A DNA stretch of 64,000 bases from Mytilus edulis (taxonomy: Eukaryota). A program made the translations under genes and the position numbers. The notes beneath the pieces are model-generated. The model was not told where the DNA came from. It made no database searches and was given only the letters and a program-made list of their open reading frames with translations. This document shows, piece by piece, positions 52,101 through 63,873 of the stretch; within the stretch, counting starts at the first letter, position 1; every line of letters begins with the position of its first letter. Location of the stretch: contig NC_092347.1 in the NCBI RefSeq assembly GCF_963676685.1, forward strand, positions 37,882,001 through 37,946,000. Reading direction: 5' to 3'.

Positions 52101-55100
52101 AGGGGGGGTGCAAAACATATGTCCCGATACAAATGCATTGATCGGCAAAAATAAAGGGGGGGTGCGCCCCCCCGGAACCCCCCCCTGGATCCGCCACTGG
52201 TTTATAGAGGGTGGTAAAGGTTTATTTTCGTGCAACGTGATCACCGTTTTTTATTTCACGTTCAACATGTTTTTACTTTTTTATTTGACGTTCAGTCGTG
52301 CAAGACGGGTGCCTCGTTCACGTGTTCTGCTTATTTAATTTTACGTGCATCGTGATTTTCAAAGTCTTATTTTGCATGCTCTGTATTTTTCAAATAAAAT
52401 TCAAACACTTGGCAGGGATCGTCAAGAAATACTTTTTTAAAAGCCGTAAACCAATTATATCATAATCATATCAAGTAAAACAAAGAGTTAATATATAAAA
52501 GAAGACAGTGACTCAGTCACAAAAGGTTCACATAAAAGTATTTATTTTCGTGCAACGTTCATTATAGAAATAATTTCACGTTCATAGTGAAATTATGTCT
52601 TATTTCACGTTTTTTTCGTGCAAGCAACCCCCCTTTGCCACCCTCTTTATATATATTGATTGTTTGTCATTATCATTTGTGTACAGGAAAAAATTCCTAT
52701 AAAAACACTTCAAAAGAAAACAGAAACAACTGAAGAATACATCATGTCACCTATGTCTCCATCAAAGACTAATAGTACTGTGACCTCTGGTGACCTTGGA
52801 GATATCAGTTCATCACTTTCAAGGTCAGGAAGTAGTGGTCCTAATTCATTAGATGTCAACAGACTTGGATCATGTGGATCAGAAGTTGTGGTATCCCAGT
52901 CATTGGAATCTGCAGGTATCGTTCAAATATTAAATAGAATTTTGGTGATGAGAAAATGAAATTTGTTTTAAACACGATTGAATTATATATGAAACAAAAA
53001 TGACTGAATTTACAGTATTTAAAACTGTTTTGATCAGAATTTCTATTCCTTAGAATGTTTTTAATTTCTTTGTTTCTCTATTGTTTGGTATAATTTTCTT
53101 CAAAGCTGGTTTTATGTCTTTTCATGGTTTTTACACTTAATGCATTCTTGATTCTGAATATCTTTTTTCATGCCTTAGCCTTTTTGGGCCTAATTTCATT
53201 TTTATTTTTATAAATTAACTGTTAGTGACTTACACTTATTTACAAAAAGTAGGAACAAATAAATGTCAGTCTTATATGACATTCTGAAGTAATTCTTTGT
53301 AAGTTGTTCGTTTTATTCAATTTAGACAGAAAGCAATGGATTTTTAAATAAGAGTCTAAAAACATTAAAGTAATATGCTATTTTCAGAATTAGAAAGGCT
53401 ATTCATTTAAATTCAAAATGCAGCTTAAAAGAAAGACAAAGATTAGTTTTCATACTTTTTATTGCCTTTTATTTTCAGTCTCAAGGAATGTATTATTGTT
53501 GAGGGAACCAGTTACAGCAAGCCCTAGAGACATTCACCACGTATCAGGATCAGAGACTTATTCCCCCTTGGAGGTGTCCAGTATACACAGGGATGTTGAT
53601 CGTAGATTAAGCTCAGAAAATCTGTTTACAAGTCCTGACACTTCTAAAGGAGAAGAGGAAGTCAAGAAAATTGAGACCGGTAGCCTTTCTGATGCTATAA
53701 CTTGTGCACAGAGGAAAATTGTAACTGAACCAGGTTGATTATACCAGAATATTATGCTCAATACAACGGATCTAGAGTTTGATGAGAAACATAGAAATTG
53801 TACAAAGAATTCCTTTTAAATCCCATGATTTTTCATGAAGGGTTAATCTAAAATATCCAGAGCTACCATAGTTATATGACTAAAATTTAAAATGATGGGA
53901 ACCATTTTAGTACAAGTTGTATATTTATCACATACTTTTTCTTTATTATTATGTAAACACCTACATTTCTTTTCATTTGCCTTAAGAATTAAAAAAAATA
54001 GGAATAACCAATCCTTTATTTTTGTCAGATATCATTTTGAGCAAAGCTAAGTGACAGCCTAAATTTTGGTTGAGAGTTAAAGGAATCAGGAAGTACACAT
54101 GACAGACTTTGATATTTGTAATTTTAATGGATTTGATATAAATACATGTAGCTTATTCATGGCAAATGGATGTAAATGACTTTCAGAATCCCTCCACACC
54201 TAATATATTTCTTTCAGTAATTTAGTATACAAAATAATGTCACAGACATAAGTAATGCATGACCCATATTCAGAAATGGAACTTCTCATTCTACCCTCCA
54301 ACCTTCATTTAAATGGAATAGCCCTAGCAGAATTTACAGGTTGAATGTTTTATTCCTGGGCACTCTATTGAATTAGTAAGAATCACATTGTTCACTATAA
54401 AGTTATTTAATCAAGCAAGCTTTAGAATTGCATCCTAAAGGTATATTCAGTTTAGATACAACCTTGTTTATTTTAGTTCCAAGAAGTGGTGAAGAGTCAG
54501 AACCTCTGTTTATATTACCAAAGCCAACAACCACTGGGTCAAGTGCCGAAAGCAATGAAATTAGGTAGGTTTTATGACCAAAGTCAACAATTGATTGATC
54601 TTGTAGAGAAAGCATGAAATTTTTAGAAATCACATGCTGTGGATTTAATATTCGTTGGATACCAATTTTCATGGATTTGGAATCGTCCTTACCCTTTTGA
54701 ATTTGAATTCCAATATACAAAAAATTTAACATTTTCTATAAGAATGTATATGCAGACTTGGCAAAACAACTAAATCAAATATTCACTAAAATGCAAGATT
54801 TCCTCAATCCTTGAAAATAAATGAATCCACAGTACATCAGAATATCTTACTGTTATATGGCATCCTTGTATCTTACGTCTCATACTTATGAAATTATTAA
54901 GTCTTCAATCATCAATACAAATTCAAATAGTTAAGATGTCATTGTTCTATACTTTCTGTTTTAAGTATACAAACCAGTTTACAATATTGGTACTGTTACC
55001 AGAAAAAATACATTTGAACGGGACACTTTAGTGCATTTTCAAGGATTTTAAGAAGATTTGATGAGGGAGAGAATTGGAACATAGAGTAGGTTTCAACTTC

Positions 55101-58100
55101 AAAAACCAATTAGTGAACCTTAGAAGGTTTTGCCATCCATTCAATTAATTTGCCGTAGAAAGTTTTTAAAGAACTCACACATTAAAGCACACTGAAGTGT
55201 TGTGATGTTTCCTCTATATAGAAGGCTTTAGGCCACAATTAAAAATATTATGGTTTGCCCAAACCCTACCCAAAGGTTGAGACAGTTGGAAGGTAGGTAG
55301 GCATTTTCTTATTCTTTTTTTCAAAGAGAGAAATTGAAGTACCGGGTGTTTATTAGTCTTCATGCCTATCTGATAAAAAAAAAACTTCTTCAAATCAGGA
55401 CAATAAAAGAATTTAAGTAGGCAGCTTTTGTCTGGGTAGGTAGCGTTTGGGCAAACAAACCTATTCTTTTTTATGGCCTTATACTTTATTTAGTAAGGAA
55501 CTTCTAGGTTACTAGATTTTGCATTTGAGTTGTTGAACATTTTATCAGGGCCTTTTATAGCTGATTGTAAGATATGGGTTTTAATCAGTGTTGAAAGCTG
55601 TTGACTGACCCATAGTTGCTTACATCCACATCATTTAGACTGTTAATTTTGTTGCAAAATAGAAAAGTAACATCAAACATTTAATCCGTTACAAATCTTG
55701 GGGAAAATATACAGCTTCATATTTTCTTTACACGACAAACTCATCGGAAAATAGTAAAATTTCCCCCCAAACCACACTGATTAAATGTTTGATTTTACTT
55801 CTTTACCTTGCTCTTAATTGAATGAGTACCAGGATGTTGTAGGTAACCTGTCGAAAAATAATATAAATCGAAGTCATAAGTCAGTTATATGATAATAGTC
55901 TTAGTTCATCTGCAATCATACCACACCTCCTTAATTGTATATTGTTATGATTTCAGCCCAGAGATACCATACCAGGACCAAGCTGTGTCCACCACTAAGC
56001 CAGACAAAGTTGAAGTGACATCAAAAGAAATAGGTGATGGTTGAATAATAATTAGAACACTTTGCTTATCATGCATGTGTCCAATATGAATTAAGCTATT
56101 TGTGTATCTTTTCAAATTCCAAGTAGACAATCACTGCAAACTTTGTTTTATCAACAACAAAAAATTATCTATTGTGTTTTTAACTTATCTTTTATAGATT
56201 AAACCAAGATTTGATATTAATTTAACACATATTATATCCTGTGAATTCATTTATTATCTTTGATTCAAATTCATAGACTGATGAAAATCATATTTATGTG
56301 GATATTTGATTTCATGGTTTTGCTAAAATCTTCATACGAAAAATGCTTCATAAATTAGAATTAGTTAAAATCAAGAAATTAAATCAGTTATCATCATTTA
56401 AACTTAATATGATTTATGAATTACAGATGCAAGAATAATGGCAAAGTGGAAGGACACTCACTTTTATCCTGGCGTTATAAAGGAAGTTTTAGGAAAATCA
56501 AGGTTTGTGAATTGGATTGAAGGTTTATGACATATATAACTCACTTTTATCCTGGTGTTATAAAGGAAGTTTTAGGAAAATCAAGTTATGTGAATTGGAT
56601 TGAAGGTTTAGGCCATATATATTGCAACCCTATCATAGTTTTCCACAGATTCATCTGTAAGTTACCTGTCCATTTAAACTTTTGTAAGTTCTATTGTCCC
56701 ATCTAACAAATACAATAGCTAAATTTCTTGCAAGAGAAATCTATCACTGACTGATTAATTTACCTGAACAAAAAATTGAACTGTCAATGATGGAAATACA
56801 TGTACAAATAAGTAATTATAAAATTGCATGTGATGTTGTATTTATTCAATCAATAACACATTTTCAATTTGTTTGATATAAACACTGATTTAAAAATTAA
56901 AAGTTGATTTCTGATAAAATTTCAACATTCTAACTATTAAAATTTGCTTTATTTAAGTCTGTTCACAAAATGATAATGTTTAAATAAAGGTCTATACATA
57001 AATGTATTCTTTATAACTGAACAACCACAATAAAAATGCAAATTCTTTAAAACATAAATATGCATGCAGTAGTTAAAAAAAAATCAGAAATAAACTTTAA
57101 ATCAGTGCTTATATTGAACAGATTGAAAATATTTTATTGAAATTGAATACATACTGTATCACATGCAGTTTATGTGGGTTTATACATGTATTTCAATCAA
57201 CAAAGAAGATTTTTTTTTGGTCAGTCAAATTAATCAATGAGTGATAGATTTCTCCTAGAAGAAATTTAAATGTCCAAGTGAATAAACTACACAGAGAACA
57301 ATAGACAGGTAAACTTGCAAAAGTTTAAATACCTTGGTCAAGAGCAGACGACTCTGTGGTAAACTTTCATTTGGTTCGCAATAACACATTTAGAAATATA
57401 TATATATGTGTACTACAATAGAATTAACATAGATTTGAAAAAGAGTTTCTGAAACTCAGCACAAGATTAACTGACATTCCATGTCATGAAATTAGAAAAT
57501 CTAATAAATTTTCATAAAACTGTGTTTCACCATCGAAAACATTTTAGCAAATAGAATAATTGTTTCTGATATGGTGTAAGTTTGATACTAGTTATTATTA
57601 TCTTGATTTTATGGTTACAATGAAGAACTGATTTCACATTTGAATAAAAATGTATGATTCTCAGGGGAAATAAGTCCTGTCTATTCATTCCTCTGACGTC
57701 AAATACATTAGGTGTTGTCAAGATGCTGTCAAGGATGTTGCATCAAAATGAACCAAGATCACATAGAAAAAAAAAAATTGCATACATTTTCTACTTTATT
57801 CACATGTCAATGTACTGTAGATTCATTTAAACCGTAGGCACCAATTTTCTTGGATTGAGGAAATGTTGTCATTGAGTGGATATTTGATTTGATTTAATTT
57901 TGAAGCTCTAAGAACATTTGTACTTCATTTAACATTTCAATTCATGGTTTACCTGTAATCACTAAATCTACAAAAAAAATGATAACTCTCGAATAATAAT
58001 GAATCCAAAGTAATAATCCCAGAATTTAACTAAATACTATACATTGAACTTATGACATGAATGTGGTGATTCACACATTTGTAATATGCAGTCATGAAAT

Positions 58101-61100
58101 ACATGTTTTGTGTTGACTATTTTTTTTGCAGGTTTAATGTCACAAATTAGCAATATTTGTTTTTTATACCCCCGCTTTAAAAAGGGGGGGTATACTGTTT
58201 TACCTCTGTCTGTCAGTCCGTCCGTCAGTCAGTCCGTCCCATGAAACTTTCGTCACATTTTTCTCAGGAACTACACATCCACCCTTTCTGTAATTTGGTA
58301 TCAACATTTATATATGTCAGCCATACCGTGTGATGCGTTTTCAGATTCATCACTTGACAACTTCCTGTTTACCGAACACTTGTCTGATTTTACACATGAT
58401 AGCCAAGTTGAAAAATTTCGTCACATTTTTCTCAGGAACTACAATACAAGGATTTCTGAAATTTGGTTTCAGGATTTATATAAGTCAGCTATACCGTGTG
58501 ATGCGTTTTCAGATTCATCACTCGACAACTTCCTGTTTACCGAACACTTGTATGATTTTACACATGATAGCCAAGTTGAAAATTTTCTTCACATTTTTCT
58601 CAGGAACTACAATACAAGGATTTCTGAAATTTGGTTTCAGGATTTATATAAGTCAGCTATACCGTGTGATGCGTTTTCAGATTCATCACTCGACAACTTC
58701 CTGTTTACCGAACACTTGTATGATTTTACACATGATAGCCAAGTTGAAAAATTTTCATCACATTTTTCTCAGGAACTACAATACAAGAATTTCTGAAATT
58801 TGGTTTCAGGATTTATATAAGTCAGGTATACCGTGTGATGCGTTTTCAGATTCATCACTCGACTACTTCCTGTTTACCGAACACTTGTATGATTTTACAC
58901 ATGATAACCAAGTTAAAAATTTTCGTCACATTTTTCTCAGGAACTACAATACAAGGATTTCTGAAATTTGGTTTCAGGATTTTTATAAGTCAGCTATACC
59001 GTGTGATGCGTTTTCAGATTCATCACTCGACAACTTCCTGTTTACGGAACACTTGCATATTTTTACACTATTAATATTATCCACTTGCGGCGGGGGTATC
59101 ATCAGTGAGCAGTAGCTCGCAGTTTCACTTGTTTTTTCTATTTATGCTGATATGGTCATTTTACAATGTTTTCTTTCAGATATAAAGTAAGATTTGATGA
59201 TGGTGATGTTCTTGTTATAAAAGGCTGTGATATACTTTTGATAGACAAGTTACCTGTTAGTCAACCAGTGATGGTTCTATCTAAAGATGGCTATTTTTAT
59301 CCTGGTACCATAACAGAGGAAACAGAGAAAGGGAATGTAATTCAGTATACAGTACTCCAAGGAAATGGTCAGAGTGCAAAGTAAGTATATAACTTGCTGT
59401 TCGGTGCGAGCTAAGGCTCCGTGTTGAAAGCTGTACTTTGAACTATAATTGTTTTCTTTTTACACATTGTGACTTGGATTGAGAGTTGTTTATTTGGCAT
59501 TCATATCACATCTTCTTATTTCTATATACATAAGAAGTAAAATCAAAAGTACAGCTGATTTAAACAAGAACAGCAGAGAGAAGAGCTCAAAATTCTTTCA
59601 CCTGATTCCATTCCACCACCACTTTGAATATGATAAAGTCAATATTAAAACAAGGATATGTTGTATGATTACCAATGAGACAACTATTTATATTCCAGAA
59701 GACAAAGATGTAAGCAATTATATATGTCCCTGTATGGCTTCCAACAATGAGCAAAAACCAATACTGTATAGTAAGCTGTGAAAAAAAACATTTAAATCAA
59801 ATAAAATTTATACACACAATCGACCCTATTTCAATTCTAGGAAATATTTAAGAAAACATTCAATTCTTATAATGACATTCTATCTTATATGTAATAAATC
59901 CAGCTTTCTGTTTGTTTCCTATGCATTATTGTCATCAGAAGTACATTGCACCAGCAGTCATGAATGTTGCATTGTATTGGAAAATAAAATACAAATATGG
60001 AATGCCTCAAAATAACATATTCTGATGAAACTTACATGTAATATTGTTACAATCTGTTGAAAGGCAAACATTGCATACTTAAGTATTAATTGCATTGTCA
60101 CCTGAACTTTTGTGTCTTTTACAACAAAGTTCAATAAGTTAGACTTTGGTATTAATATCCATCTTCATTCTAGGTGTTTCTTTCATTTTACAATGTGCAG
60201 ATTGTCTATGACTTATTTGCAATGCATAATACTCACATATCAACACAAAAAAATGGTTTTACTAAGTCTAAGTGTGAAGTAGATTTTCCAGGAAAATACT
60301 GTGTATAAAAAAAGAGGATGTTGTATGCTTGCCAATGAGATAACAAGAGACCAAATGACACAGAAATTAACAACTATAGGTCATTGTACAGCCCATACTG
60401 CATAGTCTGCTGTAAAAGGCTTCGAAATGACAAATGTAAAACAACTAAAACAAGAAAACTAACAGCCTTATTAGTGTTAAAAAAATGAACAAAAAACAAA
60501 CATGTAACAGCAGATAATGACAACCAGTCAAATTTGCTGTTTCATTGACAGAAATCTTTATTTGCTCACATATGAGAGATATGATTATTGGTGTTTACTT
60601 TACCAGGTTCAGATCCAGTCAAGTTATACTTAGTGAGGACCAGGCTGCCTGTCTCATAGCAGACTTACAATGTCGACTTGGTGATCAGTCTGAAGACACT
60701 GAAGAACCTACTGTGCACAATGCTAATGTTAGCTTAGGTAAGTAAAGCAATGTACACAGTAAAACAGGAAGGTTAAACTGCAGTGAAAGTAAAACACATG
60801 TCAAAATAATTTTACGCCAAAAAATGCTTATAAGGGTTTTAATGATTTCCCTAAAGGTTGTAGAAATTTGATAAATCATTGTCTTTTAAACAGCCATTTG
60901 CATTTCGTTTTCAAAATTAATAATTGTACATTTGTTAACTGTATTGAAAAAAGTCTGGAAACTTGACACACCACAATTTGACCTCTACATTTCTAGTAAA
61001 ACCTTCAAAAATATCCTAATTTATAGTAAAAGAAGGGCAAAGATACCAGAGGGACATTCAAACTCTTAGATCAAAAACAACGATATGGCTTCAAAAAGAA

Positions 61101-63873
61101 AAGGACAAACAGAAAAACAATGATACACAAGACACAACATAGAAAACAGAAGACTAAGCAAAACGAACCCCTAAAAAAACTGGGGGTAATCTCAGGTTCT
61201 TCAGTACATGTCATATCTTCAATGAAATTAATATGCAAAAGCCACAATTAGATTTTGTAGGAAATAAAATTAGCAAACCTTCAATGAAAAATCGACTTAA
61301 GTTGCATGTAGGAAAGTTCTTTATCATGTTTATATTTATTTTATAGAAAATTTAGTAATGGGAAAGAGAAGGAAAGAGAGTAGATATGAACAATTAAACA
61401 TGTCAACTGAGGAGCCAAAGCCAGGACCTAGCAGTATAAAGAAGAGTAAAACTCCTTTTTCTCCCACTCCTGGAAAAAGAAAAAAGATTTCCGGACCTTC
61501 TACCAGTACGCCAAGAGTTGCCAAACGTAGGAAAATAGAAGGAGGTACTATATTGAAATAATTCAAGGGCTTTTCAATTAAGATGTTTGTTGGATGGTAG
61601 GAATGTAAATCCAAAACACTCCCACTACCATCATGCTTTCTTTAAATTTTGCATTTATACAGTTAATGGACCTTCTACCATTATTGACCCAAGATCAATG
61701 TTCAAAATAAAACAGAATTTGTGTCTCTACTTTTGTTACATCTACAAAAAGACATGTTCTAATTTATAATTCTAATCGAAATAAATGAAAAGAAAAGAAA
61801 ATAACTTAAAGATAATCAATGTTTATTTGCAGTTTAAAAGGGAACAAATGTAATGAAATTTGGTCCTCTCAAATTTAATATATCCTTTTTATATCTTCCA
61901 AAATTTATAGATGTAATTCTTCAATGATCTATTAAAGCAAAAAAAATGCCGTATTTGTAGTATTAGATATTTTGATGTGTATTGTTGAATTTTTCAGTGC
62001 ATAATTTATAGAAATTGTATATCTGATAGCATGATCACTACAGATAAATATTTTGCAAAACTTTTATATATAGATATTGATGGTATTGTCTCACTTAGGG
62101 CTATTGCTTTTATAGGCATCAGTGGTGTCAGTAATTGTTAATAGTTTATATAAAACAATTTGTTCAGCATCTTTGAATGGTTTTAATTTTAGATGCTGCT
62201 ACTGAGTCAACTACCCCTCCTAGTGGAGATACATCCCCAATATCACATAGAAGATCTCCTCGGAAAGGGAAAGGTAATTTTAACTGTATTTTCTTTTTTG
62301 AAATTTAGGTAATATTTCGGAGTCCCTCTTTCGTTTAATTATTTTCCTTATTAAAGTTGTTTTATAAGAAATAAATTCTAGTTTATCATTCTTATTTTCA
62401 AAACTTCTTCTTTTCGTTTTTAGTACACACCTGTGGTAAAATATGAATATATTGCTTGGGCTGTTCCCATCATACTCCCAACTCATACACTTTTAATGAG
62501 CTACCTGATGTCATTAAACAATGACCTAAGAATATCAGCATTTTATTGGAAAATGCACAATTGTAAAAGGCATATCACCACAACAAGGAAACATAAAGGA
62601 ACAATAAAATTGAGAATGGAAATGGGGAATTTGTCAAAGAGACAACAACCCGACCAAATAAAAACAACAGCAGAGGGTCACCAACAGGTCTTCAATGTAG
62701 CGAGAAATTCCCGCACCCGGAGGCGTCCCTCAGCTGGCCCCTAAACAAATATATACTAGTCCAGTGATAATGAACGCCATACTAATTTCCAAATTGTACA
62801 CAAGAAACTAAAATTAAAATAATACAAGACTAACAAAGGCCAGAGGCTCCTGACTTGGGACAGGCGCAAAAATGCGGCGGGGTTAAACATGTTTGTGAGA
62901 TCTCAACCCTCCCCCTATACCTCTAACCAATGTAGAAAAGTAAAGGATAAAATGTATTATAAGCCATTATTTCAACATATAAGTAAAATAATCATCTAAG
63001 TTTATCCAAAGCTAAATACGTTTTGATAGTTGAAGCATGTCACTAGTTCAGTTTGCTCCCTTATTTTATGTCAATGTAATTGTGTGTTTATTGAAGGAAA
63101 CAGCAAATATTTGCTTTTGTTTAGAGTGCTTCCATCCAAAATAATTGCCATATTTATTATATTAGAATGAAAATAATTCATTAGGGCTAGAATTATTTCT
63201 TAAGTCGTCCATGCTATTTTCATGTGCCCACTGAAATGGATGAAGCATTCAGCAACTTTCAGTTTGCCTGAACTAAAACTTCTACACAAAGCTTATTGCT
63301 ACAAAATACAGATTAAGTTCGAATTTGGTGGCCTCACTTTTACTTTTCTAGATTTATGCCCGTTTACAAATGGAAAAATTGCTGACTTATTTGTTTCCGT
63401 TCTTTTACAAGTTTGCCTCGCCCAGATGTTATAAAACTTGTATGCAATGCTTTTGCCAAAAGATGCAGATCAAGTATGAATTTGGGTAGCGTCATTTTTA
63501 CCTTTCTTGAGCTATGTCCCTTTATAATGTAATATGCAAGCAAGAGGCATCATCTGTGTCCCATGGACATATTCCCAATTTGTAACTATAATAATGAAAA
63601 TGTAAGAACATGACAAATATTATTCACAACACTGTAAGTATGTGGAAAGAGGTACCTGTTATTGCAAATATAATTGTAAGATCTTACTTTGAACATTAAT
63701 TAAAATATTTTTATCCATTTATAAAGGTCCAGCTAATTTACCACAGAAATTATTCCAAGGAATGTACTTCATGTTCACCCAGGTAAAGAAAACATACGAT
63801 ATTGTAGCAAGAGAGAAAGAGATGTTACGAGACTCTGCACAAGAGACGTCTGCTGAGGAAAGTGGTCCTGATG
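34123..63873 (+). CDS. TP53BP1: TP53-binding protein 1 (53BP1), 3'-incomplete in this window
   Basis: Phase-consistent GT-AG exons: 34123-34248, 34741-34813, 35467-35548, 36008-36096, 37025-37076, 37543-37682, 38063-38147, 38561-38622, 39718-39791, 40613-40717, 41357-41438, 41944-42042, 42570-42861, 43282-43367, 47594-47711, 48547-49417, 50208-50789, 51314-51436, 52687-52915, 53479-53733, 54477-54564, 55957-56033, 56427-56502, 59180-59380, 60607-60737, 61347-61544, 62193-62273, 63727-63873. S/TQ-rich acidic N-terminus (FIIMDSQ), SGDLGDISS, tandem Tudor (MAKWKDTHFYPG..YKVRFDDG..VILSEDQ), UDR (VSLENLVMGKRRK), BRCT start (KLFQGMYFMFT). Confidence 0.92.
36665..36761 (-). mobile_element. hAT-like terminus fragment with GTAATC subterminal repeats
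   Basis: Minus strand begins CAGGGATGGGGTAATCGTAATC; repeated GATTAC units. No partner end found. Confidence 0.35.
38790..39457. mobile_element. piggyBac-like non-autonomous fragment
   Basis: TTAA|CCCTTTCGCCGATGAG left end with two subterminal GATGAGTCCCG(G/T)TTTACCGGGAT repeats. Right end only partly matches (ATCGGTGAAA). Confidence 0.45.
43465..46760 (+). mobile_element. Helentron-associated (HINE/DINE-1-like) element with three internal tandem arrays and a nested MITE
   Basis: 5' subTIR TTTTTATACGACCGCA with nearby GTGGTCGTATA, GTC microsatellite, arrays of about 160, 247 and 35 bp, 3' subTIR TGCGGTCTAATAAA, stem-loop GCTGCGCCCTGCGGAGC, ATCTGGTT end. Confidence 0.8.
44819..46270. mobile_element. 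Pogo/Tc1-like non-autonomous element nested in the HINE
   Basis: TA|CCGTATATT...TTTTTACGG|TA termini with subterminal TAAAGCGCA/TAAGCCGCA/TAACACGCA repeats. Confidence 0.7.
46920..47232 (+). repeat. Abundant dispersed SINE-like repeat (AAGAAGATGTGGTATGATTGCCAATGAGACAAC family)
   Basis: Related copies at about 15945-16110(-), 28500, 38430-38540(-), 49715-50005, 50905-51095, 55545-55640(-), 59395-59525(-), 59650-59780, 60310-60525. Confidence 0.75.
48547..49417 (+). CDS. TP53BP1: Largest TP53BP1 exon (disordered acidic region)
   Basis: TTTCAG acceptor, open frame of ORF 48503-49429, donor GTG|GTAAAT. Confidence 0.85.
48722..48847 (+). repeat. Coding 21-bp tandem repeat (QPGDTTA-like, 6 units)
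   Basis: CAGCCTGGAGACACTACTGCT units with degenerate flanking copies, in frame. Confidence 0.85.
51314..52915 (+). CDS. TP53BP1: TP53BP1 oligomerisation-region exons (51314-51436, 52687-52915)
   Basis: IRIKTVTTTLVTYKIVETVEKIKFKNGTV followed by TSGDLGDISSS, matching the vertebrate 53BP1 SGDLGDISS motif. Confidence 0.8.
52064..52199. mobile_element. Small GC-rich MITE
   Basis: CAGGGGCGGATGCAGG versus CCTGGATCCGCCACTG, with GTTTA on both flanks. Confidence 0.7.
52206..52646. mobile_element. TIR MITE (Sola/Kolobok-like) with TTTTCGTGCAA/TTCACGTT subterminal repeats
   Basis: AGAGGGTGGTAAAGG versus CCTTTGCCACCCTCT, with TTAT on both flanks. Confidence 0.6.
54635..54834. mobile_element. About 200-bp TA-flanked CTGT...ACAG MITE (Tc1/pogo-like)
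   Basis: CTGTGGATTTAATATT versus AATAAATGAATCCACAGTA. Related copies at about 57812-58012 and 56240-56340; a sister family at about 40271-40475 and 49446-49648. Confidence 0.55.
55231..55478. mobile_element. PIF/Harbinger-like MITE
   Basis: TTA|GGCCA...TGGCC|TTA (3-bp TWA TSD); inner inverted GTTTGCCCAAACCCTACC / GGTAGCGTTTGGGCAAAC. Confidence 0.7.
56427..61544 (+). CDS. TP53BP1: TP53BP1 tandem Tudor plus UDR/NLS exons (56427-56502, 59180-59380, 60607-60737, 61347-61544)
   Basis: ARIMAKWKDTHFYPGVI / RYKVRFDDGDVLVIKGCDILL..DGYFYPGTI / FRSSQVILSEDQ..ANVSL / ENLVMGKRRKE. Confidence 0.9.
56456..56621 (+). repeat. 83-bp tandem duplication of the Tudor exon 3' end plus donor site
   Basis: ACTCACTTTTATCCTGG(C/T)GTTATAAAGGAAGTTTTAGGAAAATCAAG starts at both 56456 and 56539. 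Confidence 0.9.
56620..57383. mobile_element. Old foldback element (about 760-bp degenerate palindrome)
   Basis: TATTGCAACCCTATCATAGTTTTCCACAGATTCATCTG versus CAGACGACTCTGTGGTAAACTTTCATTTGGTTCGCAATA. Inner pairs GAGAAATCTATCACT/AGTGATAGATTTCTC and CACTGATTTAAA/TTTAAATCAGTG. Confidence 0.7.
58160..59133 (+). mobile_element. Complete HINE/DINE-1-like element with a 168-bp tandem array (about 5 copies)
   Basis: TTTTTATACCCCCGC subTIR plus GGGGGGTATA inverted repeat, GTCY/GTCA microsatellite, units starting 58333/58501/58669/58838/59006, 3' GCGGGGGTATCAT, stem-loop GTGAGCAGTAGCTCGC, CACTTGTT end. Confidence 0.88.
61031..61202 (-). mobile_element. 3'-terminal fragment of the Penelope-like family at 4611
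   Basis: AAAGATACCAGAGGGACATTCAAACTC...CACAACATAGAAAAC..GGGGTAATCTCAGGT matches 4615-4790. Another copy at about 24350-24500. Confidence 0.65.
62605..62945 (+). repeat. Abundant dispersed repeat (AAAATTGAGAATGGAAATGGGGAA..AGAGACAACAACCCGACC family)
   Basis: Other copies at about 24861-24957(+) and 28590-28652(-). Shares GGCTCCTGACTTGGGACAGGC with the 46920 family. Confidence 0.75.
63215..63582 (+). mobile_element. Degenerate HINE-like element with internal repeat
   Basis: Two diverged units (ATGCTT..CAAA.AT.CAGAT.AAGT..GAATTTGG) and end GGACATATTCCCAATTTGT. Related pieces at about 37745-37965 and 41510-41740. Confidence 0.5.

Noticed and set aside
58314-59115. ORFs of 160, 261 and 79 aa with repeated sequence
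   Set aside because: Products of the 168-bp (56-codon) tandem array inside a HINE; not genes.
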